From Chiloscyllium plagiosum (lineage: Eukaryota), in NCBI RefSeq assembly GCF_004010195.1, contig NW_025214092.1, positions 1-34,102 of the forward strand: a stretch of 34,102 bases of DNA, in the 5' to 3' direction. Each line of letters begins with the position of its first letter. Within the stretch, counting starts at the first letter, position 1. Made by a program: the position numbers and the translations under genes. The notes below the pieces were generated by a model that was not told where the DNA came from, ran no database searches, and was given only the letters and a program-made list of their open reading frames with translations. This document shows, in pieces, positions 11,915 to 23,829 of the stretch.

Positions 11915-12880
11915 TCTGGGCAGTGATGGAGGTTTTCTGAGATTACAAAGGGATCTTGATGAAATGCGTGAATGGCTGAAAAACTGCAGATGGAGTTCAA
12001 TTCGGGTAAATGCGAGGTAATGCATTTAGGTTACAACAAACAAAGGTTGAGCTTTCACAATTAATGGTAGGGTCTTCGGTAGTGTTGTACGCCTTGGGGT
12101 TCAGGTACATAGTTCTTTGAAGTTTGCCACAAGGAGAGATAGGATGGTTATAAATGGTACTTGCCTTCATTGCTCAGTCATTCGAGTTTAGGAGTTTGGG
12201 AAGTCGTGTGTAGATTGTACAGGACATTGGTAAATCAGGCAGCATCCAAGGAACAGGAGAATCGACGTTTCAGGCAAAAGCCCTTCTTCAGGAATGCCCG
12301 AAACGTCGATTCTCCTGTTCCTTGGATGCTGCCTGACCTGCTGCGTTTTTCCAGCAAAACATTTTCAGCTCTGATCTCCAGCATCTGCAGTCCTCATTTT
12401 CTCCAGGACATTGGTAAGGCCTGTTCTGGAATACTCTGCCCAGTTTAGGAAGGATATTAAGCTGGAGAGGGTTAAGATCACATTTACCGGGATGGAGATG
12501 AGTATAGAAGGTTTCAGTTATAAAGGAAAGTTGTACAGGCTGGGACATTTTTCACTTGAGCCTGGAGGATGAGAGGTGACCGTATAGAAGTCTATAAAAC
12601 AATGAGGGGTATAGATAGAGTTAATGTGACTTGTCTTTTCCCAACAGCAGGTCAATTTAGAACTAGGGGCTATATTTCTTAAGGTTAGAAGGGAGAGATT
12701 TAAAATCAGAAAACATAAGGAGCAAACTGTTACAGAGTGCGTTGTGTGTGTGGAATGAAATTCCCAAGGAACGGGTGAATGTGTGTACAATTACAATGCT
12801 TGAAATATTAGTACAGGAATAGGAAAAGTTTGAAGGGATGTGATCCAGGAACAGGCAGGAGGGACAAGGTTAGTGTAAGA
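11915..12880 (+). mobile_element. CR1-like LINE 3' part, interrupted by a PLE-derived hairpin
   Basis: LQRDLD...QMEFN.GKCEVMH remnants, LYRTLV, and a tail CTGTATGACTGTCTGACTATGA. Confidence 0.88.
12234..12403. mobile_element. Palindromic Penelope-derived insertion with 14-bp TSD
   Basis: CAGGACATTGGTAA at 12220-12233 and 12404-12417. Inverted arms 12235-12276 and 12295-12336 differ by one mismatch. The sequence is homologous to the PLE end at 15530-15630. Confidence 0.9.
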
Positions 12881-12939
12881 TTATGGTCGGCATAAACCGA
12901 ACAGTCAGTTTCCGTGCTGTATGACTGTCTGACTATGAA

Positions 12940-14095
12940 AATAATGTGGCCTTATTTAAGAAAGACTGCAAGGGGAAGCCTAGGAACTGCAGACTGAGGA
13001 GGCAGAAATCAAGGATGGGCAAGTTGTTGGAGATCATTCTGAGACGGAGGATTTATATACATTTGGAAAGACAAGAACTGATTACAGACAGTGAGAGTGG
13101 CTTTGTGCGCAGGAAAACATGTCTCACAAACTTGCCTGAGTTTGTTGAAGATGTGACCAAGAAAATAGATGGAGGCAGAGCAACATACGTTGTTTCTGAC
13201 TTCAGCAAGGCCTTTGACAGGTTAAGCAGGCTTCACTGGTTAGTAAGGTTAGATCATATGGGATCAGGGAGAGCGAGCCAACTGGATACACAATGGGTTT
13301 GATAGGAGGAGGTAGAGGGTTGTTGTTCAGACTGGAGGCCTCTGACCAGCAGTGTGCTGTAAGGATTGGTGCTGGGGCCACTGATGTGCATCATTTATAT
13401 AGAGGATCAGGGTAAAAATATAGGAGTCACTGTTAGTATGTTTGCGGATACCAAAATTAGTGGAAGAGTGGGCAGGGAATATAGTTATCGAAGGGGATGT
13501 TAATCAACTGGGCCAGCGGGCCAAGGAATGAAAGATGGAATTTAATTCAGGTTTTGGATTTAGTTAAGACAAACCAGGGAGGACTAACACAGGTAATGGA
13601 CGGGCCGTGGACAGTGTTGTCGAATAGAGAGAGACCAAGGGGTGCAGTTACACTGTTTTGGAATAGAATCACAGGGGGACAGGGTGGGGAAAACAGCAAT
13701 TGGCACACTTGTTTTCATTGGTCAGAGCATTGAGTACATGAGTTGGAGATATCTGTAACATTGTCGTCAATATTTCTCCTGGGCAGAGGAGGCCACGGGG
13801 TGACCTTATAAAGGTTTATGAAACCATGTAGGGTCTAAGTAAGGTAAATTGCCAAGGGTAGGTGAGTCCAAAGCTAGAGGCATAAACGTGAGGCGAGAGA
13901 GCAAGGATTTAAAGAGGGAGCTGAGGGGCAACATTTTCCACAGAGGATGGTGCATAGACAGAATGGACTGCCAGAGGAAATGCTAAAAACAAGTACAATT
14001 ACAACATGGAAAAGGTACTTGGGCAGGTACATGGAGAGGAGAAGATTGGAAGGGGTATGGGCCAAACGCAGGCAAATGCAACTCATTCCGTTTAG
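12940..14095 (+). mobile_element. CR1-like LINE RT fragment with 3' region
   Basis: ORF 12946-13302: LFKK...GKLLEIILR...GFVRRKTCLTNLPEFVEDVT...DFSKAFD. Confidence 0.9.
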
Positions 14096-14344
14096 GAAAC
14101 CTCAAACAAAGAGTCATGCAGCACAGAAACAGACCCGAAGTCTCCTCCTCCAACAACTGGAGACAATCGAGACAAGGCATGTTGTAGAGACTGAAGCAGG
14201 TTACAGCGTTATGGATGGTCGTCTGGACTGGAGGTTTCAAATATGTCAATTAATTGGTAAGAGGGGAGGAGATGACAGAGAATGGGAACTGTTATTGGAG
14301 TTAGAATGATTGAAGACACTGGTCCACACCCTCCTGCACCTTGA

Positions 14345-14680
14345 CCTTCTCAAGATGGCGGCCCCGAGGCCCGTGCTCCCTCTTCCCTCAAACAAATGGC
14401 GGCCGTGACCCTGAGCCACTTCCCTGATCAGAGACCGCCACCTCCTTAACCGGGCCTGGAGGGTGTTTTTCGAGTTATTTTTAACCTGTATCCAGAACTT
14501 GTGAAATCTCTCCGCTCCTTTCTCCCAGCGAGGGCTCCCACACACCGGCTCTGAGCGCTGCTCTCTGAAGCCGATCGCACCCGCGGCCGGAGAAAGCAGC
14601 TCCATGTCTCTCTCTCTGTAATGATCAATGTGACACTGCGCATGCTCAACATAGAAACCAAACTGCGCGTGCGTCTGAGG
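14345..14680 (-). promoter_or_regulatory. CpG-rich promoter / candidate first exon, transcribed leftward
   Basis: NRF1-like TGCGCATGCT (14637-14646) and TGCGCGTGCG (14664-14673). ATG at 14605 and a possible donor CAG|GTTAAA at 14486/14485. Two YY1-type motifs, AAGATGGCGGC (14352-14362) and AAATGGCGGC (14394-14403). Local CpG retention. Confidence 0.6.
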
Positions 14681-15526
14681 TTATCGGTGAGTTTATAGAG
14701 AATATTCATATCTGCACAGACTGATGGGTAAAATATTAGTCATTAACAATTGCTCTGTCGATTTACAGTCATAGCCAGGTATGTAAATTACCAAAAGTTC
14801 TGGGAGTTTGAAAATAACTTTCTTAATCGAGTTGTGTAAACCGACCTGTGAATTATTCACGCGACCTGTGAATTATTCTCAGGTCGTCGCCCTACACTAT
14901 TGCAAAATCACCCATGTGTTTATCTAAGGATTGTTTAAATCTCCCTAATATACGTTATCAGATTTACATCTCAACTATTACTTAAAAATCTCACATTGAT
15001 TCATGGGAGAGGTTTAATGCTCCACAATGTAGTGAGAATGATCAATCCTGCAAAATAGTTTGCTTTCTGACCAATCCTGAAGCGTTCACTCCCCGAGAAT
15101 GCTTTGGCCCCGCTCCTCACTCACTCTGGTTCGACGTCCGACCGCTGCTCCGTCCTCCTGTTCCGCCCCTTCCTCCCAGTTGTGGAGTTGATTCAGGCGC
15201 GACTCAGCAGGCTAAGGGACAAGGGAAGTTAGAGTCGATGACTTGTGATGTGGTGAAAATATCCCGAATCTTGGATCGAGAGGCCTGAGTTCATTTCACG
15301 GTTTGTGCAGGTGTGTGTAATAACAACTTTATTCAGAAAGAACAAGAGAAGGCAGGAACAGAGTAAAAACAATAGAACATGCAAACAATGTGGTGGGTCT
15401 CTCAATGCTCTGGTGATTTTAGTCTTTACCATGTGTTTCAGGGCCCCAGGGCATCCCAGTACAGACTGTGCCACTCCTCCTTGTGCACAGCCAAATACCA
15501 CGATTGTGGGGCAAAGTGATGTGGTG

Positions 15527-16695
15527 GAGTACAGATTCTGGATTAGTGGTGCTGGAAGAACTCAGCAGTTCAGGCAGCATCCGAGGAGCCGTAAAATCGA
15601 CGTTTCGGGCAAAAGCCCTTCATCAGGAATAAAGGCAAAGAGCCTGAAGCGTGAAGAGATAAGCTAGAGAAGAGTGGGGGTGGGGAGAATGTAGCATAGA
15701 GTACAATAGGTGAGTGGGGGAAGGGATGAAGGTGATAGGTCGGGGGCGGTCGGAGGATGGAGTGTATAGGTGGAAAAGAAGATCGGCAGGTAGGACAAGT
15801 CAGGAAAAGTCACGGGGACAGTGCTGAGCTGGAGGTTTTGAACTGGGATGACGTGGGGGAAGGGGAAATGAGGAAACTATTGTAATCGACATTGATGCCC
15901 TGGGGTTGAAGTGTTCCGAGGCGGAAGATGAGGCGTTCTTCCTCCAGGCGTCTGGTGGTGAGGGAGCGGCGGTGAAGGAGGCCCAGGACCTCCATGTCCT
16001 CGGCAGAGTGGGAGGGGGAGTTGAAATGTTGGGGCACAGGGCGGTGGGGTTGATTGGTGCGGGTGTCCCGGAGATGTTCCCTAAAGCGCATGCTGGGAGG
16101 TTTCCATTCTCCCCAATGTAGAGGAGACCGCATCGGCAGCAATGGATATAATAATGATATTAGTTGATTTGCATGTAAAACTTTGATGGATGTGGAAGAC
16201 TCCTTTCGGGCCTTGGATAGAGGTGAGGGAGGAGGTGTGCGCGCAGGTTTTGCAATTCCTGCGGTGGCAAGGGAAGGTGCCAGGATGGGAGGGTGGGATT
16301 TTGGGGGCCGTGGACCTGACCAGGTTGTCACTGAGGGAACGGTCTTTGCGGAAGGGGGAGAGGGGTGGGGAGGGAAATATATCCCTGGTGGTGGGGTCTG
16401 TTTGGAGGTGGCAGAAATGTTCGCAGATGATTTGGTTTATGCGAAGGTTAGTGGGGTGGAAGGTGAGCACCAGGGGCGTTCTGTCCTTGTTAAGGTTGGG
16501 GGGTGGGGTCTGGGTACGGAGGTGCGGGATGTGGACGAGATGCGTTGGAGGGCATCTTTAACCACGTGGGAAGGGAAATTGCGGTCTCTAAAGAAGGAGG
16601 CCATCTGGTGTGTTCTGTGGTAGAACTGATCCTCCTGGGAGCAGATACGGCGGAGGAGGAGGAATTGGGAATACGGGATGGCATTTTTGCAAGAG
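15527..16695 (-). mobile_element. Penelope-like element, 3' part (GIY-YIG endonuclease region and terminal repeat)
   Basis: GTFPCHRRNCKTC, a frameshifted LYIGE, RFREH, HFNSPSHS and EERLIFRLGTLQPQGIN. Hammerhead-like core in the 3' region. Confidence 0.92.
15599..15626 (-). ncRNA. Minimal hammerhead-ribozyme-like motif in the PLE terminus
   Basis: The - strand reads CUGAUGA-A-GGGC-UUUU-GCCC-GAAAC-GUC: conserved boxes, a 4-bp stem II, palindromic ACGU in place of stem III, and a GUC triplet. It has one extra A and a weak stem I. Confidence 0.65.
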
Positions 16696-17367
16696 AACTG
16701 AAACGAATTGCATAATGTAACACATGTATTGGGCCAAGCAGTGGAATGTGGTGTAAAATTCCAAGCAGTGGAATGTGGTGAAACGGTTAAAAATTATGTC
16801 CCAATACATGTGTGAATCATAATGTAACACATGTATTGGGCCAAGCAGTGGAATGTGGTGTAAAATTCCAAGCAGTGGAATGTGGTGTAAAATTCCAAGC
16901 AGTGGAATGTGGTGTAAAATTCCAAGCAGTGGAATGTGGTGAAACGGTTAAAAATTATGTCCCAATACATGTGTGAATCTAACCGGAATGGAGGTGTTGC
17001 TTAGTCCCGTGTGAATCTTCTTATCTGTATGTAACCAGAATGGAATGTGTTTTTTAGCCTTGCTCTGCTGTTCACATGAATGTTTATATCTGGAAAAGAG
17101 TATATCAGCTGGAAAATTCTCCAGTTCGGTGAGTCTGCTCCGGGGTTACGTTTAACCGCCGAGCGTGGGTTGTTGGCAACCGCTCTACGAGAACTGACGG
17201 CTCCCAGTTCCGGTAACATGTAGAGTGAGTATAAGCCAGACCCGTTGGTTGTGGCGACGCTGCGGGGAATAAAATGCCCATATTCTAGCAGACTCGCCTC
17301 TTCGTCGTTTGTTCTGTGTCAGACTACTCTCCTACGAACCTGACCTTGAGAGAATTTTTTTAAAACA
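16696..17367 (+). mobile_element. LTR-like fragment (U3 repeats, TATA, polyA signal, ...ACA end) inside the PLE; 5' end unclear
   Basis: TATAA at 17230-17234, AATAAA at 17268-17273 and a terminal CA at 17366-17367 exactly where PLE sequence resumes. CpG-rich. No TSD is visible. Confidence 0.6.
16711..16978 (+). repeat. Nested tandem repeat: 107-bp and 161-bp units containing 2 and 4 starts of a 27-mer, each unit bounded by 14-bp inverted repeats
   Basis: CCAAGCAGTGGAATGTGGTG starts at 16734, 16761, 16841, 16868, 16895 and 16922. ACACATGTATTGGG at 16720 and 16827; CCCAATACATGTGT at 16800 and 16961. Confidence 0.95.
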
Positions 17368-18600
17368 GAGTGGTGCCAGTGTAATTACAGAAGATCGACT
17401 GTTCTACGTAGCCAATAAAGAGATAGGCATAGCTGGGGCCCACACGTGTGCCCATGGCTACCCCTTTGGTCTGGAGGAAGTGGGAGGATTCGAAGGAGAA
17501 ATTGTTAAGGGTGAGGACCAGTTTGGCCAAACGAATGAGAGTGTCGGTGCAAGGGTACTGTTGGGGACGTCGGGAGAGGAAACAAAACGGAGGGCTTAGA
17601 GGCACTGGTCATGGCGGATGGAGGTGTAGAGGGATTGGATATCCATGGTGAAGATGAGTCGTTGGGGGCTGGGGAAATGGAAATCTTGGAGGAGGTGGCG
17701 GGCGTGGCTGGTGTCTCGAACGTATGTGGGGAGTTCCTGTACTGGGGGATAGGACAGTGTTGTGGTAGGTAGAGATGAGTTCAGTGGGGCAGGAGCATGC
17801 TGAGACTGAGACAATGGGTCGGCCAGGGTGGTCAGGCTTGTGGATCTTGGGAAGGAGGTAGAACCTGGCAATGCGGGGTTCCCGGACTGTGAGGTTGGAA
17901 GCTGTGGGTGGGAGATCTCCTGAGGTGATGAGGTTCTGTATGGTCTGGGAGATGATGGTTTGGTGTTGGGGGAGTGGGGTCATGGTCGAGGGGGGAGTAG
18001 GAAGAGGTAGCCTCGAATTGGCGTTTGGCTTCAGTGGTGTAGAGGTCAGTGCGCCAGACTACCACTGCGCCCCCTTTATCTCCTGGCTTGATGGTGAGAT
18101 TGGGATTGGAGCAGAGGGATTGGAGGGCTGCCGTTGTGAGGGTGAGAGGTTGGAGTGGGGGAGGGGAGTAGACAGGTTGAGGCAGTTAATGTCTCGGTAG
18201 CAGTTGGAAATAAAGAGGTCGAGGGTAGGTAATAGGCCGGCGCGGTGTGTCCAGGTGGATGCACTGTGTTGCAGGTGGGCGAAGGGGTCCTCGGAAGGTG
18301 GGCAGGAGTCCTGATTGCGAAAGTAAGCTCAGAGGCGGCGGAAGAAGTGTTCGGCGTGCATTAAATTTATTGATGCATGGGTGGAGGGGGATGAAGGTGA
18401 GGCCTTTGCTGAGAACTGACCGTTTGTCCTCAGTGAGGCGAAGGTCTGGAGGGATGGTGAAAACTCAGCAGGGCTGGGAGCTGGGATCTGGTGTGGATGT
18501 GGAGCTGGGAGTAGGGGTGGAGCCTTTAACTGGAGTGCGGGGAATGGAGGTGGAGTCATGAGCAGGGTTCCACCCCCATTCCCCCCACGCTGACGTCATC
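17368..18600 (-). mobile_element. Penelope-like element, 5' part (RT N-terminal half), frameshifted
   Basis: ARFYLLPKIHKPDHPGRPIVS, FTMDIQSLYTSI and QTKGVAMGTRVGPSYA. Confidence 0.92.
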
Positions 18601-18604
18601 ATCC

Positions 18605-20905
18605 TTGGAAAAATACTTCCACTGTCTACCTTTCTAATCCTCTAATCATCTTGTATGTCTCCATCAAATCCCCTCTAGCCTTATTCTTGCCAATGAGAAG
18701 AGTTTCAAGTCTCTCAGCCTTTCCTCACAAGACCTTCTCTCCAGACCAGGCAACGTTCTGGTAAATCTCCTCTGCACCTTTTCCAATGTTTCCAGATCCT
18801 TCCGGAAATATGGGCACCAGAACTGAACACAATATTCCAAGTGTGGCTGCACCAGCGTTTTGTATAGTTGCAGTATGTTATTTCAACTTCAGAACTCAAT
18901 CCCTCCACGAATGAAACCTAACACACCGTTTGCCTTCTTAACAGCACTATCAACCTAGGTGGCAACTTTCTGAGATCTATGTACATGGACTCACTGATCC
19001 CTCTGCACACCACACTACCAAGAATCTTTCCATTGACCCAGTATTCAGCCTTCCTGTTATTCTTCTCAAAGTGCATCACCTCACATTTAGTTGTATTGAA
19101 CTCTATTTGCCACATCTCAGCCCAATTCTGCAGTTTATCCAAGTCCCCTTGCAACCTGTAACATTCTTCCACACTGTCTACTACAACACTGACTTTAGTG
19201 TCGCCTGCAAATTTCCTAATCCATTCACCTGCAGTGGTCCCAAAACAGATCCTTGTGGCACGTGACTAGTAACTGGACTCCAGGCTGAATATTTTCCATC
19301 AACCACCACCTTTCAGAAAGCAAGTTTCTAATCCAAACTGCTAAATCACCCTCAATTCTATGCCTCTGCATTATCTCCAACAGCCTACCACGTGGAACCT
19401 TGCCAAAGGCTTTACTTTTGTCTATGTGTACCATGTCCTAACCTCATCTACAAGCTTGTTGACCTTCTCCAAAAACTCAATGAGGTTTGTGAGGCATGAC
19501 CTGCTCTTGACAAAACCAAGTTGACTATCTGAAATCAAATTGATGTTTGCCAGATGATTACAAATCTGATCTCTTATAATCCTTTCCTACAACAGAAGTA
19601 AGGCTCACTGGTCTATAATTACCTGGGTCCTCTCTACTGCCCTTCTTGAACAAGGACATAACATTTGCAATCTTCCAGTGCTCTGGTACCAAATCTGCAG
19701 ACAATGACAACTCAAATATCCAAGCCATAGTCTATGCTACCTTCTCCCTAGCTTCCCAGAGAATCCTAGGATAAGTCCCATCCATCCCAGGGGACTTGTC
19801 TATTTTCACTCCTTCCAGCATTGATAACGCCTGTTCGTAACGAACCTTGATACTTTCTCGTTTAATATCTCATACCTCATTCTCCTCCTCTACAATATTC
19901 TCCTTTTCCTGAGTGAAAACCGATGAGAAATGTTAATTTAGCATCTCTCCGATCTCCACAGGGTCAACACTCATCTTCCCGTTCTGTCTATGATTAGCCC
20001 TATTCCTACCCTAATCATCTTTTTATTCCTCACATACCTATAGAAAGCTTTAGGGTTCTCCTTTGTTCTATTTGTTAAAGACTGCTCGTGTCCTCTCTTT
20101 ACTCTTTTTAACTCTCTCTTTAAATCCTTCTTAGCTGATCTGTAATTCTCCATCGCCTCATCTGAACCATCTTGCCTCATCAGCATCTAAGCCTCCTTCC
20201 TCTTCGTAACATGAGATGCAGCTTCTGCAGTAAACCAAGGTTCCCTGACCTTATCATTTCCTCCTGTCTGACAGGGACATACCTATCAAAGACACGCAAT
20301 ATCTGTTCCTTAAACCAGCTCCACACTTCCATTGTCTGCATCCCCTACATTTTGCTACCCCATTCTATGCATCTAATTCTTGCCTAATAGAATTATAATT
20401 GCCCTTGTCCCATCAATAACTCTTGACCTGTGGCATGTACTTATTCCTTTCCATCGCTAAACTAAACTTAACTGAATTATGGTCACTCTCTCCAAAGAGC
20501 TCACCTACAACTAAATCAAACACCTTGTCTGGTTCATTACCAAGGACCAGATCCAATATGGCCCCCCCTGCAGTTGGCCCTTCAACAAACTGTGACAGGA
20601 AACCCTCTTGTATACATTGGATAAACACTGATTCATCTGACATATTAGAGTTAAAGCACTTCCTGTCAATTTTGGGGAAGTTAAAGTCCCCCATAATGAC
20701 CACCCTGTTACTTTCATTCTATCCAGACAAAAATTGCTAATCCTCTCTTCCGCCTCCCTGGAACTCTGCGGAGGCCTATTAAAAAAAAAAAACTCCAAGC
20801 AGTGTGACCTCTCCTCTTCTGTTTCTAACCTCAGTCCACACTACCTCAGGAGACGAGTCCTCATCACAAGTTCTCTCAGTCACCGTTATACTCTCCTCGA
20901 CTAAT
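18605..20905 (-). mobile_element. CR1-like LINE ORF2 fragment (endonuclease + RT), decayed
   Basis: VIMGDFNFP...ILDLVL...ESDHNSV, KENPKAFYRYV, LQGDLDKLQNWAEMWQIEFNTTKCEVMH and PHLEYCVQFW. Confidence 0.93.
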
Positions 20906-20989
20906 GTGACCTGCATGGACCCATTGCAGTGCTTCAACCTCCATGAGGCAGCCATACTCTCTGTCAGACAGACTCAGTCTGGAACCTCC

Positions 20990-21256
20990 TCTGTCCTTAA
21001 GACCTTATGCACTGCCTGTGCCCCTTTTTTTCCCCTTTGCACGTTCCCTTTCCAACCCACCCCACCTGCATCACTCCCCGAATGGTGCTGTCAACGGCAG
21101 AAGTCTGTGGAATACCCTCCCTAACCTTCTCTATCCTTCTTTAAGATGTATTTTAAAATCATTCTCTTGAATCAACGTTTTGATCGTCCATAAAGCACAT
21201 GAGGAGATTTGCCATTGTAAAAGATTCCATACAATGCAAGTAGTTGTTGTTATTGC
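20990..21256 (+). mobile_element. L2-like LINE/SINE 3' end, decayed
   Basis: CTGTGGAATACCCTCCCT...CTTTAAGA...AATGCAAGTAGTTGTTGTT tail. Confidence 0.5.
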
Positions 21257-21299
21257 TGTACATTAGGAGAAACAGGAATGATGCATTCAACATTCTAAC

Positions 21300-23795
21300 A
21301 AGAAAGTCACTGACAGGTGTAGTGTGCAGGCCACCAAATAATAACATCACATTGGGATGGGCAATAAACAAATAAATAACTATTGCCTGTAAAAATGGTA
21401 CAGCTATTATCATGGGTGATTTTAATCTACATGTAGATTGGTCGAACCTGCTCAGTCAGGGTAGCCTTGCGTTTATGAAGTGTATCCATGATAGTTTTCT
21501 TGAACAGTATGAAATGGAACTGACAAGGGAGCAATCTATCCAGCATCTGCCCCTGTGCACTGAGACAGGAATAATTAATGACCTCAGAGTTAGAGATCCT
21601 CTTTAAAGAAGTGATCACTGTATGGTTGAATTTAGAATATCTATGGAGAGTGTGAAGATAAAATCTAATACCTGGGTCCCGTGATTCAACACAGGGAGCT
21701 ACAATAGAATGAGGGAGAACCTGGATAAAGTAGACTGAAAACAAAGATTTTATGGTGGGACAGTTGATGAGCAGTGGAAGATTTTCAAGGGCACTTTACA
21801 AAGTGCTCAGCAATGATATATTCCAGTGAAAAGGAAGGACTGTAAGAAAAGGCATACTCTGCGATGGGCATCTGAGGAAAGTGATCAAATTGAAAGAGAA
21901 GGCATGCAAAGTGGCCAAAAACAGCCTGAAACTAGAACTGGGAAAACTTTAAAGGTCAACAGAAAGCCACAGAAGAGCTATAAAGAAAAGTAAGATAGAA
22001 CATGAGAAAAATAAACTTGCACAGACTATAAAGACAGATAGCAAAATTGTATATTGAATGAGAAAAGAGTGTCTAAAGTGAATGTTGGTCCTTTGGAAAA
22101 TGAGAAGGAACATTTAATTAAGGGATTTCACAGTGGAGGACACTAATATCTTGCCAATAATTAGCAAAGAGACAAAGATAGGTGAGGATTTGGAAACGAT
22201 CATTATTACAGAACAGCTAGTGTTGGACTGTTGGAGTTATTTGAGCTAATGACAGAAAAATCTCTGACCCTGAAGGAATACATCCCAAGGTACTAAAGGA
22301 GATGCCAGGAGAAATAGGAAATGCACTGGCAGTAATTTTCCAAAATTCACTGGACTCTGTGGCAGTCCCAGCAGATTGGAAAGCAGCAAAAGTGATGCCA
22401 CGTTTTTAAAAAGGAGGTGGACAAAAAGTGGGGAATTATACACAAGTTAGCTTATTCTCTGTAGTGGGAAAGATGCTTGGGTCTATTATCAAGGAAGAAA
22501 TAGCACGGAATCTTAATAGAAATTGTCCCATTGGACAGACAGAGCATGGGTTCATGTAGGGCAGGTCATGCTTCACAAATCTTTTGGAATTCTATTAAGG
22601 CATTTCTAGCAAGGTGGACAACGGGGACAGTGAATGCGGTGTACCCGGATTTCCAAAAGACCTTCAACAAGGTGCTGTGCAAGAGGCTGTTGCATAATAT
22701 AAAGGTACATGGTGTTAGGAGTAGAGTATTAGCATGGATAGAAGATTGCTTCCTGTTAGTCAACCAAAGTGTGTGGATAAATGAGTACTATTCTGGCTGG
22801 CAATGAATGACTAATAGTGTGCCTCAGGGATCAGTGTTGGGACTGTGATTATTTAGAATTGATACAGATGATTTGGAGTTGGCGACCACATATAGGTGTT
22901 AAAGTTTACATACGACAGTCAGATGAGTAGCAGAAGAAAGTGTGCGGAGGACTGTAAAACTTTGCAGAGGAACATAAATACATTGAGTGAGTGGGCAATG
23001 GTCTGGCATTTGGAATAGAATGTTCATAAATGTAAAGTCATACTATTTGGTTGGAGTAACATTAAAAAAGAGATTCTTCCTTGAGTTTTAAAAAGTTGCA
23101 TCATTTGTTATTCAGGGGCACCTGAGTGTCCTTCTGCATGAAGGTTGGTTACCAAGTACACAATCAATTCGGAAAGCAAATGGAATTTTGGCCTTCATTG
23201 CTGAAGAGATTGTGCTTAAAAACAGAGGTTATGTTCCAGCTGTATTTGGGTGCTGGTGAGGCCACACCTGGAGTACTGCATGTAGTTTTTATCTCCTTAG
23301 TTGAGAAAGGATGTAGTGGCACTAGAGGGGGTGCAGAGGAGGTTAACGAGGTTGATTCTGGAGTTGAGTGGGTTACCTTAAGAGAGACTGAGTAGATTGG
23401 GATTATATTCATTGGAATTCAGAAGAATGGAAACATACAAAATAATGAATGGAATGGATAAAATAGAAGTAGAGAGAATGTTTCCACTAGCAGATGAAGC
23501 TAGGACAAGACTGCATCACCTCAAGATTAGAGGCAGCAAATTTAGGACTGAATTGGGAAGGAACTTCTTGACCTCAATGGAATTCATTGCCCAGGGAAGT
23601 AGTTGATGCTAATTCAGTAAACATTTTTATAGCTAAGGTAACTTTTTTTAAAAGAAACAATTAATTAATTAAGGGATATGGTGAGAACGTTGGTAAATGG
23701 TTCTGCGTCCACGAAATGATTAGCCATGATCTTATTGAATGGCAGAACAAGCTCAATGGGCAGGACGGCCTTCTCCTGTTCCTAGGTCTTTTGTT
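21300..23795 (+). mobile_element. CR1-like LINE (endonuclease remnant, RT, 3' UTR)
   Basis: MGDFNLHVDW, DFQKTFNKV, VPQGSVLG at about 22818, GLYSLEFRR, and a tail CCTTCTCCTGTTCCTAGGTCTT. Confidence 0.93.
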
Positions 23796-23829
23796 GTTAT
23801 ATTTTGCATTCCTCCCGCACTCTTGACTT

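Noticed and set aside
14842..14886. 17-bp direct repeat CGACCTGTGAATTATTC x2 plus a short inverted AGGTCG
   Set aside because: A small local slippage duplication with no supporting functional evidence.
16734..16941. CRISPR-like array of 27-bp repeats
   Set aside because: The repeats are head-to-tail with no unique spacers, there are no cas genes, and the context is vertebrate.
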